From Sphagnum compactum (taxonomy: Eukaryota), in the NCBI GenBank assembly GCA_965153455.1, contig OZ234494.1, forward strand, positions 1,364,001 to 1,428,000: a DNA stretch of 64,000 nucleotides. Direction: 5' to 3'. The notes below the pieces were generated by a model that saw only the letters and a list, made by a program, of their open reading frames with translations, did not search any database and was not told where the DNA came from. The translations under genes and the position numbers were made by a program. Numbering within the stretch: the stretch's first letter is position 1; the number at the start of each line of letters is the position of its first letter. This document shows, one piece after another, positions 52,020 to 64,000 of this stretch.

Positions 52020-55000
52020 GTGTATTTGACATGATAACAATGTCATGGTGCTTAAGAGACATAGATTGCATTGTTTTGCAATGCCACAGTATATTCAATC
52101 ACTGGCTAGTTTATGTGGTGGGAGACAAACTTGGTCTTGAATAACCTCTTGCACTTTGGCAACCTGTATTTCAAAATGCTTTACTCAGGATTCTTATAAG
52201 TTTGTAATTGTTGTTAATGAGCTTCTCTGGTGCTTCATTATGCCTCTGGATCTCAAGCATTCAGTGCCTTCTGCCTTGACATAATAGCTGAAACACTTGG
52301 GGATTGTGTGATAGTGAATGTTGCAGAAATTGGAGCTCTTGTTATTACCTATGATGGTCCTTTCCAATCTGGGGTCTCTTGTCAATTTATCCATGTTCTG
52401 ATTTTGTAGTCACATAATATGAATTCAATTTGCACAAAACCTTTCAAGCATTGTCAGTTAAGCTTAACTGAGTATTCAGGTTTCTGCGATTTAGTATTAA
52501 ACACATGCTTTTGGGTCCATACCAGCTTCAAACTGGTAATCGAGGTGTTTTATACTCATTGAAATGTTTTTTGGCTTCATATGAGCTTTTGACCCATTCC
52601 AAGCTCTTCTTGAGCTTCAGCTCCAGGTATCTGCAGGTCCTTTGCTGCCGCTGCAGACTGCTTAACCACCTCAGTATCTCTGGAACTGCAATCACTCCAG
52701 GTCAGCTACCTGCCCCTGATCTATGGTACTCTGGAGAGAACAGATGTACTCTGTGACATTATTGATATGGATCTGAATACTCTGAGACAATTATCACACT
52801 CTTTGATAAGAAACTATATTATGCTTGGAAAATGAAGCTGGTACCCTGCTATTTCTCTGACAAGACAAGCTGGGCCTGCCTGGCACCAGTGGAATGGAAT
52901 TGTTGCTTTCCAGGCCAAGAGAAGAAGTAGAATTCCTGACAGGCTTTAAGAACGATTCCAATTTTTTGCAGGTTTGATTCTGTGTGTCTGGTTTCCTGTT
53001 TCTTGTTCTATTTTCCCACAAGTATGGATGCCACCTTGATCATCCTTTGCTAGTGAACAAATTGATGATACTTGAAGTGGAGAAGGTGGTTGGCAATGTG
53101 TACTTAGAAGTGGATTATGATGTTCATCACACATTATGCAATCTGAATTGGAGAAAGGTGTTTGGTAACGTGAACTAACAGCTCTCTCATGATCCAGGTG
53201 AGAAGCTCTGTTTACCAGAAAGGTGACTAGTTAATTTTTTTGCATGGCTCAGTTGGTGCAATTGGTGAAACTTGGGACCTGAGGAACTTGTATGAAGCGG
53301 CACTGATGCAATTATGTTACGTGAAGGACATGCGGAAGAAAGAAAGAAAGATGTATGGTCTTCAGCAGCCAGTAAATCTTTCTTTCTTTTGAGTAATATT
53401 CGACAATTGCACCACTGGCATAGCTTCTTTTCCTTTGAACTTTATTACGTTCTTTAAGGTTTTAGTGATTAGTGTAAGCTTAAATGGAAATGGCACTTAC
53501 AAAGTTGGTTCATTACCAAATGTGGTGAAAATTTTGTGAAGTTTTTAGCACTAAATTTTGTGAAGTTAGAGGATTCTTAAATTTTCTACTTTCATATCTG
53601 CTCTATAGTCAAATTTGGTTAATCCTTCTTGTGGACGATTGCTAGTTTGCTTACATCACAAAAATAGGAGGAGGAAACAAAAAAAGAAGAAAAAGAACTG
53701 GTTGAGTGTTTTAATTCTCAAATATTTCGACAAAAATATTATTATCTAATAACGAAACTGACCTTAAGGTAAGGTAGTGTGCAAAACATGGGGGCGAAAA
53801 AGAAAAGGAACATTGGGGACAGTGATGCAATGAAATTGGATCTATTCTCTCCACTTTTCATAAGTTGTACACATTACCTACTAAAAGATATGCCTAATTG
53901 TACAATATTTGCAAGCAAACGACATGTAATGTAACGCATGTGCCAAGTGAAAATGAATTGGAACATAATTTACATATCCTTGAAGAATGGATATTTGAGT
54001 GACTAATAAAGAAAAGAAAACCCTATAAATAAAAAATCAAGGATGGGAAACCATTCATCATCATGTGTTATTAAGTTCAATTTTTTGGTACAAAAGGGAA
54101 AGAATGACAATAGAGATCCTATAACTATGCACAATCTTAGACAAAGAAATGTTGGAGCTTGGGTATTGCGCTCCTTCAAGGTGGAGACCTTTCTTGAATA
54201 TTATTGTAGTTGGTTGTTTAACCAAGGTCAAGGTGAAGAGAAAAATGTTTTGAAACCAAACCAAAACATTTAGCAATTGATTCTTACCATTTCGATTTTT
54301 TCGTCTTCTTATTTTAAAACCCTAAGACCCAGAATGGACAGGTTTTGATTCTTGAAATTTTATTAAGAAACACCCAAAACCAACAATGATTTCCCCATTT
54401 TGTAGAAGTTGTGAAACTCAAAATTGACAACTCCCTTACAAACCTAAGAACCAAGCAACACTTGTCATGGTATCGTAACCCCTTTGACAACATCTCATTG
54501 CCTCATATCTAAAAGCATCAACATGAAAAGGATTGTTCCTTTTCTTTCCATTAACTTTTATCACTTCATACAAAGTTATAGTCAATACATCGTGTGTACA
54601 AGCTCATCTACATCATCCTCTCCGATCAAGTTGTGAGCCCAAGATCCGTGAATCCGAAATAAGTTACTCTTGATATGTAGATTACCATAGTAGGTTTGCA
54701 CATTCAACATTAAATAATTATGAGGAAATAAAATCTGGACTTTTGAAATTGTATTATACCTTATTAAGGTGCACTTAGCAAGTAAAAAACTACACATTAA
54801 TCCTATTTTAGTGTATATTGTAGAATCCTTGGAGAAAATATGTTAAATATTTGACCTTAAATGTGTTGAACGTGCCTACCACCTACTATGGTAATCATAA
54901 TTCATCCAAACATGGTTAACCATTGTTCAATTACTTTCAAATTTCAAAAGCTTTTACTATAGTTTTATGGATTTGTTTATTTATTTATGATCTCATGAAA

Positions 55001-57109
55001 GTTAGTTTTTTGACCGCTTCTTACATTAATTTTTCGCATTTTATTTTTTCATGTAGGTAAGTTTACAAAATTCTTGGAAAGTTTCAACAAACTTCAAACT
55101 CAAATTAAAAAGGAATAGTTTGTTGCAAATCCCTTGTTTCAAAAAAAAAAAAAATCACCAAATTTTGGCTACATGAAGCTCCAATATGTAGCCCCCAAAA
55201 ATAGAATGATGCTTAAATTTTCTTATTTTTATATTATGTTTACAGCCAAATTTGAAAAATCATTTTATGGATGGTGATCACTTTAGAAACACCAAAAGAT
55301 TGAAAAACAAATAGGAAAAAACCCAATGAGTTAAGTGATAGTTAACACTCACCTCTACAAAACTCTCCTAGATTTTTGGACATTTGTGTATTTGTGGGGG
55401 AAAATTGAAATTCTTCGTAAAATCCCTCACATTTAGACTCATGTCTAATACTTAGTTTGTTGCTTGACACACATTTGACTTGTTCAAAATGATGAGATGA
55501 TTTTGTTTTGAGAGTTGTTCAAATTAGGTCTGTTTATCAAATTCTTTTAATCAATTAAAGTGGTGTTTTCATGAATGGATTTTCCCCTTGCAAATCACCT
55601 CATCACAAAATATACTACAATTGCAACCACCATGCACCAAATACAATACCTTGATAATACTCACCATGTTGCCAACATGTTTGATCATGAATATTGTACC
55701 CAACTTGCAAATATTTGCAAGTGACAAAGCCATCATCATGATCATTATTTTAAAATTATAAATCGCCCAATCGGTTACACATCACCCTTAAAAAAACACT
55801 ATCTAGTTTAAATGAAGTCCAAGTTGTGTAACAAGATTGGCAATTAATAATGTGTCCCCAATGACTTGCCACAAGGTATTAGGGTAATTTTTAAAAAAAT
55901 TATGCACTATGAAAAACTTGAAAAGTTTAAACACATTCCTTAACTCCATGCAACTGAAATTTTTAAAAAATCAAAATCAAAATTTATTTTATATATCTTT
56001 ATTTTTGTAATGTAATCATATTAGAGTATACTATTTTTCAAGACCTTTTCAATGATTTATAAAAAGCTAAATATTTGAACAATGCTCACTTTTAAATTCA
56101 AAAGTCACCACGGCCCAGACTCAAAGGAAGCCATCACCTTTCCTCATATAATATTATCTACACTTATCTGTGACACTTGCATCCAAATGACTTTTTCTCC
56201 CGGGACTCCTAAAAAAAAAGTCCCGAAACTGTCCCAGTTCCAATATTCAAAATGAGAATGCATTCAAAGTAGTTTTGAAAGTGCCTCCCTTTTCCTCTCA
56301 CACATTTTCATTTGTGTAAAATGCACCTTTCTTTTACAATGACATTGAGTGTTGACTCAATTTCATTTGGAGGCATTTTACTTTGTTAAAATTCTAAGAA
56401 AGACATTTTTGTTGTTTCTTTTAGGAGTTGGTCGAGTACTCAAGTTAGGATCACAACCATCAACTGATTTTCTTTTTTATTAAAAAAAAGTTAGTTCAAA
56501 TTCCACACTAGTTCCTTCTTTATTCACTTTCATAAAATTTCAAACATTTTACAAATTAATGCTCACTCTTTTTATGTTCACATTCAATTTTTTTAATCTT
56601 TTTTACACACCCTCCCCAAGTGTCCAAGATTTGTAAAAAATTGTAAATGTTTATTTTTCTCTTGTATATAAGGAATAATAAAAAAAAAATGAACCCTTCC
56701 TATGCATAGGTAAATAAATGCTCACTCTCATTATGTTCAGATTCCATTTTGTTTTTTACTCACCTTCCAAAAATCCCAAGCCCTTAATAATTTTTTTAAA
56801 AAAACCCATGTTTATTTTTTGTTCTACTTAGGAGACTTGGTATTTGTGTAGCATTTGAAATACAATTTTTGATTTGAAAAGGGAACCCAATTTGTGGTGA
56901 AATATTGTTGGAGACAATGTTTTTTTTTTTTTTTGGGATAATGTTTTTCATTTTTGAAACCAGAATTTGGGATTTTTTAAAAAGTGTAAATTCAAGTAAT
57001 TGTGCTAATTATCAGGGGAAAAATCGTCCAATTTTTATATTAAAAAATGGGAACCAAAAAAAAAACCCTGTTCAGAGACCTAATTTTATTCCTTGTGCTG
57101 TGTTTTCCA

Positions 57110-57445
57110 AAAGACCCGAACAGGAGGGTTCTTTTCCAAATTTTCCCAAACGACGGGAACCGGGGGTTCTTTGATTTCCAAAAATTTCCAAAGACCGGAA
57201 CCAAAGGATCTTTGATTTGCCGAAATTTCCCAAGTGATTGGAACAACCGGAGGTTCTCTAGGCTAGCGAATTCCCAAAATTTTCAAAATCCCGGAAACCA
57301 CCGGAGGTTCTCTAGGCTAGTGATTTCCCAAAATTTTCAAAAGCCCGGAAACCACCGGAGGGTCTTTGATTTTCCCAATCTTTTGGATCCGGGGGTTTTC
57401 TTTTACTTTCACTTTTTTCCCCAAAAGACGGAACCGGGGGGTATG
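57110..57445. repeat. gaaccgg/ggttct-rich MITE-like repeat containing a 54-bp tandem duplication
   Basis: ccggaggttctctaggctag...cccggaaacca at 57247 and 57301, with a partial third copy at 57355. Confidence 0.7.
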
Positions 57446-57634
57446 AGCAACAGCCCTCACACTGGGTCACAATGGTTCCTTATTTTCATAAAGCTCGGAG
57501 TTCTCACGGGCGCACCCCGCGATGTTCGCAGGAGGACCCGCGATGTTCCCGTGCTCTGCGCGACAACCGAAATTCGCACGGCAAACAAAGGAAGGAAGAA
57601 TTTTGTGCTACAATCCCGAGAGAGTATGTGCATC

Positions 57635-57674
<40 letters not shown>

Positions 57675-57828
57675 GATAGTGCATCCGTGTTGCAGCGACG
57701 AGAGGGAACAAACGAAGAAGCTTCGAGATGTCGTCGAGATGTGGACAAGGACGGCAGAGAAGGATTTTTGTGTAATCGGGGGGCGGGGAATGGCATTGTT
57801 TCTTCGAGAACATCATCAGGGTTTCTTT

Positions 57829-58500
57829 CGAAACTGGAATAGGACGCTAGTACTAAGTTTTAGTGCTCTTGTTATTATTTTGTCGCATTCAGATACGTTG
57901 TGAGTGTTTTTGGACAAGGATTTTGTGGAGATCGAGTCCGATTTCTCAGTAATAGGTAGCAGCGAGCCCACTTCGCCAGAAGCTGAACATGTTTCTGTTG
58001 AAACTGGAATAGGAAGAAGATAGTATGTTGTAGTGTTGTTGTTTTTCCTTTCCCAGCATTACGTTGTGATTGTTTTTGGACAAGGACTCTGTGGAGATCG
58101 AGTCGGATTTATCGGTAATAGGTAGCAGCGAGGAACTGAACGTGTTTCTTTCTTGGCGAGAAGTTGAAACATGTTTCTGTCGAAACTGGAATAAGGAAGA
58201 TAGTGTGTTTTAGTGTTGTTATTGTTGTTTTTCTTTTGCCACTAGTACGTTGTGAGTATTTTTGGACAAGGACTTTGAGGAGATCGAGTCCGATTTATCA
58301 GTAATAGGTAGCAGCGAGGAACTGAACATGTTTCTTTCTTGGCGAGAAGCTGAAACATGTTTCTTTCGAAACTGGAATAGGACGATAGTGTGTTCTATTG
58401 TTATTATTGTTGTTTTTTTCCCCCGGTATTAGGTTGTGAGTGTTTTTGGACAAGGATTCTGTGGGGAGTCGACAGCCAGTTTTCAGTAATAGCAGCGAAC
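57829..58500 (+). repeat. Tandem array of four ~170-186-bp units in the CNGC 5' region
   Basis: gaaactggaata at ~57830, 58000, 58182 and 58368. Each is followed by gttgtga...tttttggacaagga...gtaata(ggta)gcagcga. Confidence 0.92.
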
Positions 58501-58527
58501 CAGTTCGCAAGAAGCTTGAAACGTCCG

Positions 58528-61500
58528 ATGACGACCGAGAACAAGAAGTTCGTGAGGTTACTACTTTCTGTGGCATTGACATTTGGCTTTGTCTTCCTCT
58601 TGAATTCACGGATATGCTTTGTTTTGTTTTGTCTTCCTCCTGCTGCTTAGACGAGAGGGTTGAATTTTGCTTTCCTGATGATGATTTGCCGTCTTGGACC
58701 GGTCGTTGTGATAGCAGGTTTTTCAACGAGTATGACTCGGAGAGATCACTCGGATCTGAAAGGGAGTCCATGAAGCCATTGCGAGTGGCAAGTCCGTCCT
58801 CGGCCGTCAAGAAGGGATGGCTGAAGGGCTCAAGCCGGCTAAGGAAAGTAGGAAGGTCGTTGCGGCTTGTTCCTTCCCGGGTATACTCCGAGGATTTTCA
58901 GGGGCAATCACAGATCACAATCCTTGATCCCGGCAGCAAATTCTGCCAGCAATGGAACAAGTTCTTTGTGATCTCTTGCCTTGTTGCTATCTTTGTAGAT
59001 CCCCTCTTTTATTACCTTCCAGTTGTGGATGGATTTCAACCGGTTTCAGCTGGTGGAGGTGGAACATGCATCACCATATCTAGAAAGCTGGCAATATCGG
59101 TGACTGTGTTTCGCACCATCACTGACACTCTCTACTTGATTCACATGGCTCTTCAATTCCGGACAGCATTCATTGCACCTTCCTCTCGCGTGTTTGGCCG
59201 AGGTGAGCTTGTGGTGGATCCCCATAAGATTGCGATGCGGTACTTGAAGAAGGACTTTTGGCTGGACTTTGTGGCACTCTTACCTCTTCCCCAGGTACTC
59301 CCAATTTCACAACTATGTGGCTTTGTCTTCATTAGATTCAGATGGGCTTTTTAAAATTCCAACACTGATGTGAATGGGCTTCTAATAATGCCCTGTGGAA
59401 TGCATGAGAAATAATACATCCTAAACCTCTTGAATCATTGATTGTTGGGTATGCAGCTGGTTATATGGATCATAACACCAACAATGTCTGGCTCAACTGC
59501 AGTTGCCACCAAGAATATGCTAGGGTTCATTGTATTTTTCCAGTATCTGCCTCGCCTCTTTCGAATTTTCCCTTTGACATCTCAAATGGTTAGAAATACA
59601 GGGGTGCTGATGGAAACTGCTTGGGCAGGTGCTGCTTACAATCTACTGCTGTATTTACTCGCAAGTCATGTAAGTCCTCTTCTTTTCTCACTCATTTCCA
59701 GCTATACATACACAGGAAGCAGTGACAGTTTTGAGGGAGGCAGGATCGTGTGTAGACAGGATGGCAGACACATCATCTGATGGTGAATGTATAATTGCAG
59801 CTGACTTGTATGTTATTTCAACACTAGTTTAATCAATCTCTTTTCTAGAGGTGCTAAGGTAAGAATGTCTTTTTCTGTACAGTTTGTCTCTTCAAGAAGC
59901 TGTTGAAAGACAACTTAACAAATATATAGTAAGCAAAAAGAGATTCTAGGAGTAAATGTAACCTTGAGTGAATGGAAACAAAAAGAGTCCTTGAATTTGT
60001 CAAGGTGAAAATCCAAGCTTTGCACTTAAGCCATGGTGGTGATTCCAAACACACTTAAAGATTCCAGCTTTCTTTGAGTCTTACCTACATGAACAAATGT
60101 AGCTTCTCTCTTTGATGCTACCCAACATGACTGAATCCTCCCATTCCTCCAACAAATATGGCAGAAACTCAGGATTAAGGTGTTTATATGTTAGTTTGCC
60201 TGAAAATGTGGGGTGGATTATTACCTACTTCTCTACACCCACTGTGAGGAGCTGATAAATTCAGTGGGGAGTCATGGCAGCTCGTCACTGCAATTCAAGA
60301 TGAAGGTGATGATCTGGAACTTTGTGAGTGACACTCATAAGGTTATGACCACACTCATTGTTGTGGTGGTTCACAAAATGTGGTGTTGTAGAATTTTTCT
60401 CTGCAATTTTGCAGATATGAGGAAATGTAGTAGTAACTTTTTGCTCATCTGTAAGAAGCTTATGTTGTTTCAGTTGTCAACAGAATTATTGTTCTTGAAG
60501 GTACTTATGTCAAGACTAGTTTGTTCGAATGTGAAGTTTCAACCTGTGATAGCTGTTTCAATGTGACCAATAAGTTTAAAACAAAGTGTGGCCCTCATTG
60601 TCCTTCTCTTGTGGGGGTTGGAGGTCCATATGAACCCCATGAAGCTTAGGTTCATCAAAAGCAGCTAATTCTACTCTTCTCACAGAAGTTTCTAAGTGGG
60701 CAGCTTCTTTCTAAAAAGTTATCCTGCCAGTGGTCAATCAGTTGCCAAGTTACAGCAAGTGTGGTGTTTGCCCTCTCATAATACATGGATTTGAAAGAAT
60801 TCCTCAAGAGTAGTTGAAGTCATCAAGTTCTTGTATCCCTCAAGATCTAATGCTGTCAAATCATCACCCCTATTGCTGTAGTCCTTTGATTTCTCAACTC
60901 TTCACACGAGTATTAACCTATGAGATTTGAAATCTAGAATAGAAAGTTCTAGTTGATAGAGTTTTTGATAGGATTAGTGAGTCCCATTATTCCAGATATT
61001 TGTTAATCCCAAGGGTAGCTCTTAATTTTATGTTTGCTTAAATCATCGCAAGTATTAAGCTATCAGATTTGGGAGCTAGTATGAAAGTTCTAGGTAATTG
61101 AGGTTTTGATAGGATGATTGGGTCCCATCATTCCAAATTTTTGTTGCTTCTGAGGATAGCTCTTAAGTTCATTTTGAGTGAAATCATAAGTTTGGAAAAA
61201 CCATCAGTACCTATGAGCAGGATATCTGATGTTAAACCTGTTGGTGGTAGGTTCATTTTAGTACCTTTGAGGGGAAGGAGAGAGAGTCAGGATGGCAGGC
61301 ACATCACTTAAGGCCATCTGCAGGTGTAAGGTGCATGCTGGAAGTGTCAGAGGGATGGACAGGAATAGACAAGATGGGAGACTCAACATTTGAGAGTGTA
61401 CCTGCAGGTAGTAGGTGCATGCTGGTACTTCCTAGCAGTGGACCGCCAAGTCACATGCTGGAGAATGTTATGCCAGCAAGAGGCAAATTGTACCAATGCA

Positions 61501-63941
61501 TTCTTTGACTGTAGTTCACTTAGTCCATCATATACACTTGTTGCTAATCGGACTAGCTGGATCAACACTTCAAATATCACCTCTGATTGTGATACTAGCC
61601 CCAGCAACTTCTTCAACTTTGGCATCTATGCGGATGCTATAATTAATGGCATAACAACCTCATCTATAGAGTTCATGGAGAAATACTTTTACTGCGTGTG
61701 GATTGGTTTACTGAGCTTGAGGTGAGTGCCTTGCTATTTCTTGGTAGAGCAGCTGTTCATGTTATTCATTCAGAAAGCACTGTCCAGGTATTAGATCATC
61801 TTCTTTGGTGATTGGGTTCATCTGACTCAAGTGTTGTTTGGCCTTGTTGTCTGTGCAGTTCCCTGACACAAACCTTTATAGTCAGCACCTATATATGGGA
61901 AATCATCTTCACCATCTGTATCATCATTGTTGGCTTGCTCCTCTTTGCCTTTCTTATTGGAAATATGCAGGTGAGCTGCAAAGCTTTGTTACTTACCTTT
62001 GTCCATGATGTTTTATTGTGAGGGTGCTGGTATGCTCTATCCAGAAATACATTGCTTGCTGTAGCCTTGTGACCACAACACCTATGCCAAGTCTGGATGT
62101 AATTGTGGAGAGGGAAAAAGGGATTGACCATGCAGGGAGAGTCACCACCATATAGCTGACAGACTTTGAATGTTGACTGCTTTTGTTTGCCAGACATATC
62201 TACAGTCTCTGACAGTGAGGCTTGAAGAGATGAGAGTGAAGCGTCGTGACACAGAGCAATGGATGAAACATCGACAACTGCCCCATGAGTTAGTGGAGCG
62301 TGTGCGACGTTTTGACCAGTACAAGTGGGTGGCAACCCGGGGAGTAGATGAGGAGGTCCTAGTGCAGAGCCTACCATTGGATCTTCGGCGTGACATCAAA
62401 CGCCATCTTTGTCTGGATCTTGTCCGACGGGTAAGGCCATTTGTGTTTTTTTAGGTTGTTGACTGTGATGTACACATCAGTGCATCAAACTGTAGAGTAT
62501 GTCTGCAGGGGAGTGTAGTTATGTAACAGTTTGCTGAGTAGTGTTCTAAAGACGGTGCTCCATATCAACAGTTAGGTCTATGGGCTCTCCACTACTGTTA
62601 TTTCCAAAAAGTTTGTCCCTCAGATGGTGAGTTGAATCACTTACTCAATGACAGAGGTGGTTCTCTCAATCAGGTCTTCTTACAACACAGAGATTGAGGG
62701 TTTTCCAATTTTAAGTGGGGATGTTTTTTAAAGCCTATGTACATCAAGAAGTTCACTTGCCTTACCTTCTTCATCCTTTCCTCCTCCATCCTCCTCCATC
62801 CTCCTAGTCAGAAAGGATTTGTTATAACACCTTCCTCCAAGTCAGAAGTTGTTCCTTCTTGTCATTTGTATGTCACATCTCTTTGTCATGCTTCTTTCAT
62901 TCTTGTCAATTTCAACTGCTCATTATAAGGTCATCTCAGCTTTACTAGTTTGGTTTCCTCAATTTGGTAGCATTTTTGATACTCATGGGGCTGTATTTTG
63001 CCTTCTCTTGTGTGTCCGTGTTCAGGTTCCCTTGTTTGATCAAATGGATGACAGTCTCCTAGATGCTATGTGTGAGCGGTTGAAGCCTGCTCTGAACACG
63101 CAGGGTACCTACATAGTCCGTGAGGGAGATCCAGTGAATGAAATGCTGTTCATCATCCGGGGCCGCTTGGAGAGTGTGACAACCAATGGTGGTCGCACTG
63201 GCTTTTTCAACTCTGGGATCCTTGGACCAGGAGATTTCTGTGGAGAAGAGCTGCTTACATGGGCTCTGGATCCCAAACCTAGCAACAATCTTCCTATCTC
63301 TACCCGTACTGTAGAGGCATTGGTGGAGGTGGAAGCCTTTGCCCTGTTTGCTGAGGATCTCAAGTTTGTGGCCAGTCAGTTCCGGCGCCTGCATAGCAAG
63401 CAATTGCAACATACATTCAGGTTTCTGCTTTTGTTTTCTCTGTTTTTGGTGTTCTGTGAAAATTTCACATTCCCTTGTCTAAGATAACAGCAGTGTCTGG
63501 TGTGAAAATCATTTGCAATCAAAACATTGAGTTCCCTGAGTTGGAGCACCCTGTGATTCATCATTCTTTATTTCCCATATGAAAGATGAGAGCTTCCATA
63601 TCATTCTTTCATCAAGATTGGTTGCTTTCTATTCCTGCAGGTACTATTCACATCAGTGGCGCACATGGGCAGCCTGCTTTGTCCAGGCAGCATGGCGACG
63701 TTACTGCAGACGCAAGATTGCAGAGATGCGGCGCAAGGAAGAAGACCTCAGTCTGCAGGAAGCAATGGCTGCGTCTGATGCATTGCTTACCAAGCCAAGC
63801 CTTGGAGCCACATTACTGGCGTCTCGTTTTGCCACAAATGCAATGCGAGGAGTTCGAAGGTTACGAACCATGCATGCGGCAGAGATGATCCGCATATCCA
63901 ACATTCCTAAGCCCACTGAGCCTGACTTTTCACTTGAGTAG
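58528..63941 (+). CDS. CNGC: Cyclic nucleotide-gated ion channel, ~725 aa; exons 58528-58556, 58718-59294, 59457-59669, 61408-61721, 61859-61970, 62194-62430, 63026-63420, 63641-63941
   Basis: Motifs: MTTENKKFVR|FF, WNKFFVISCLVAIFVDPLF, SSRVFGRGELV, ETAWAGAAYNL, LIGNMQ|TYLQS, C-linker, CNBD GDFCGEELLTWALDP, and IQ motif VQAAWRRY. All junctions are GT-AG. Total length 2178 nt is in frame to the TAG. Confidence 0.96.
60920..61170. repeat. ~105-bp diverged direct duplication inside CNGC intron 3
   Basis: agattt...gaaagttctag...ttttgataggat...gtcccat.attcca...tagctcttaa at ~60922 and ~61064. Confidence 0.75.
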
Positions 63942-64000
63942 GTGGGATCTTGGTGAAGTTAGGGTTTGTATCATAGCAAGGTCTAACAACAATGTGCAAA

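Noticed and set aside
52500-53300. GC-balanced stretch after SPR1 with short protein-like minus-strand frames
   Set aside because: Multiple stops, no family motif and no consistent exon chain.
57047-57676. 209-aa ORF
   Set aside because: It is built from the 54-bp repeat and a (GA)n tract and has no domain.
58440-58717. N-terminal extension of the 304-aa CNGC ORF
   Set aside because: It reads through repeat and intron 1. The MTTENKKFVR|F start exon fits the conserved CNGC structure better.
1-64000. tRNA, rRNA or a prokaryote-like operon/defence system
   Set aside because: No cloverleaf, rRNA or operon signatures were seen by eye.

Overview
This is eukaryotic nuclear DNA from a land plant. 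The GT-AG introns, AT-rich intergenic DNA, microsatellites and dispersed repeats suggest a bryophyte such as a moss, but that is inference. Seven protein-coding genes can be reconstructed: (1) an intronless 428-aa ORF whose motifs resemble an uncharacterised fungal protein family, making it a horizontal-transfer candidate (691-1977, -); (2) a two-exon NYN/PIN-like plus LOTUS(OST-HTH) protein with degenerate nuclease motifs (7565-8786, -); (3) a heavy-metal-associated HMA protein with KKEE/Gly-rich tail and no CaaX box (27656-29830, +; start exon unresolved); (4) a PUT/RMV1-type polyamine transporter (32616-34097, -); (5) ECHIDNA/TVP23 (37296-~39022, -), which is absent as a whole from the ORF track; (6) SPIRAL1-like (51174-52019, +); (7) a complete 8-exon CNGC (58528-63941, +) with a non-canonical TQT pore filter. 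Between the genes are a decayed pogo-like DDE transposase, a decayed hAT transposase with BED finger, several tandem arrays, MITE-like dispersed repeats and a ~200-bp element found three times inside introns of two unrelated genes. The most notable signals are the fungal-like gene, the CNGC filter, the probable NYN pseudo-nuclease, a splice-dependent overlapping uORF on the polyamine transporter, and the intronic element. No database searches were run; family assignments come from motif recognition.
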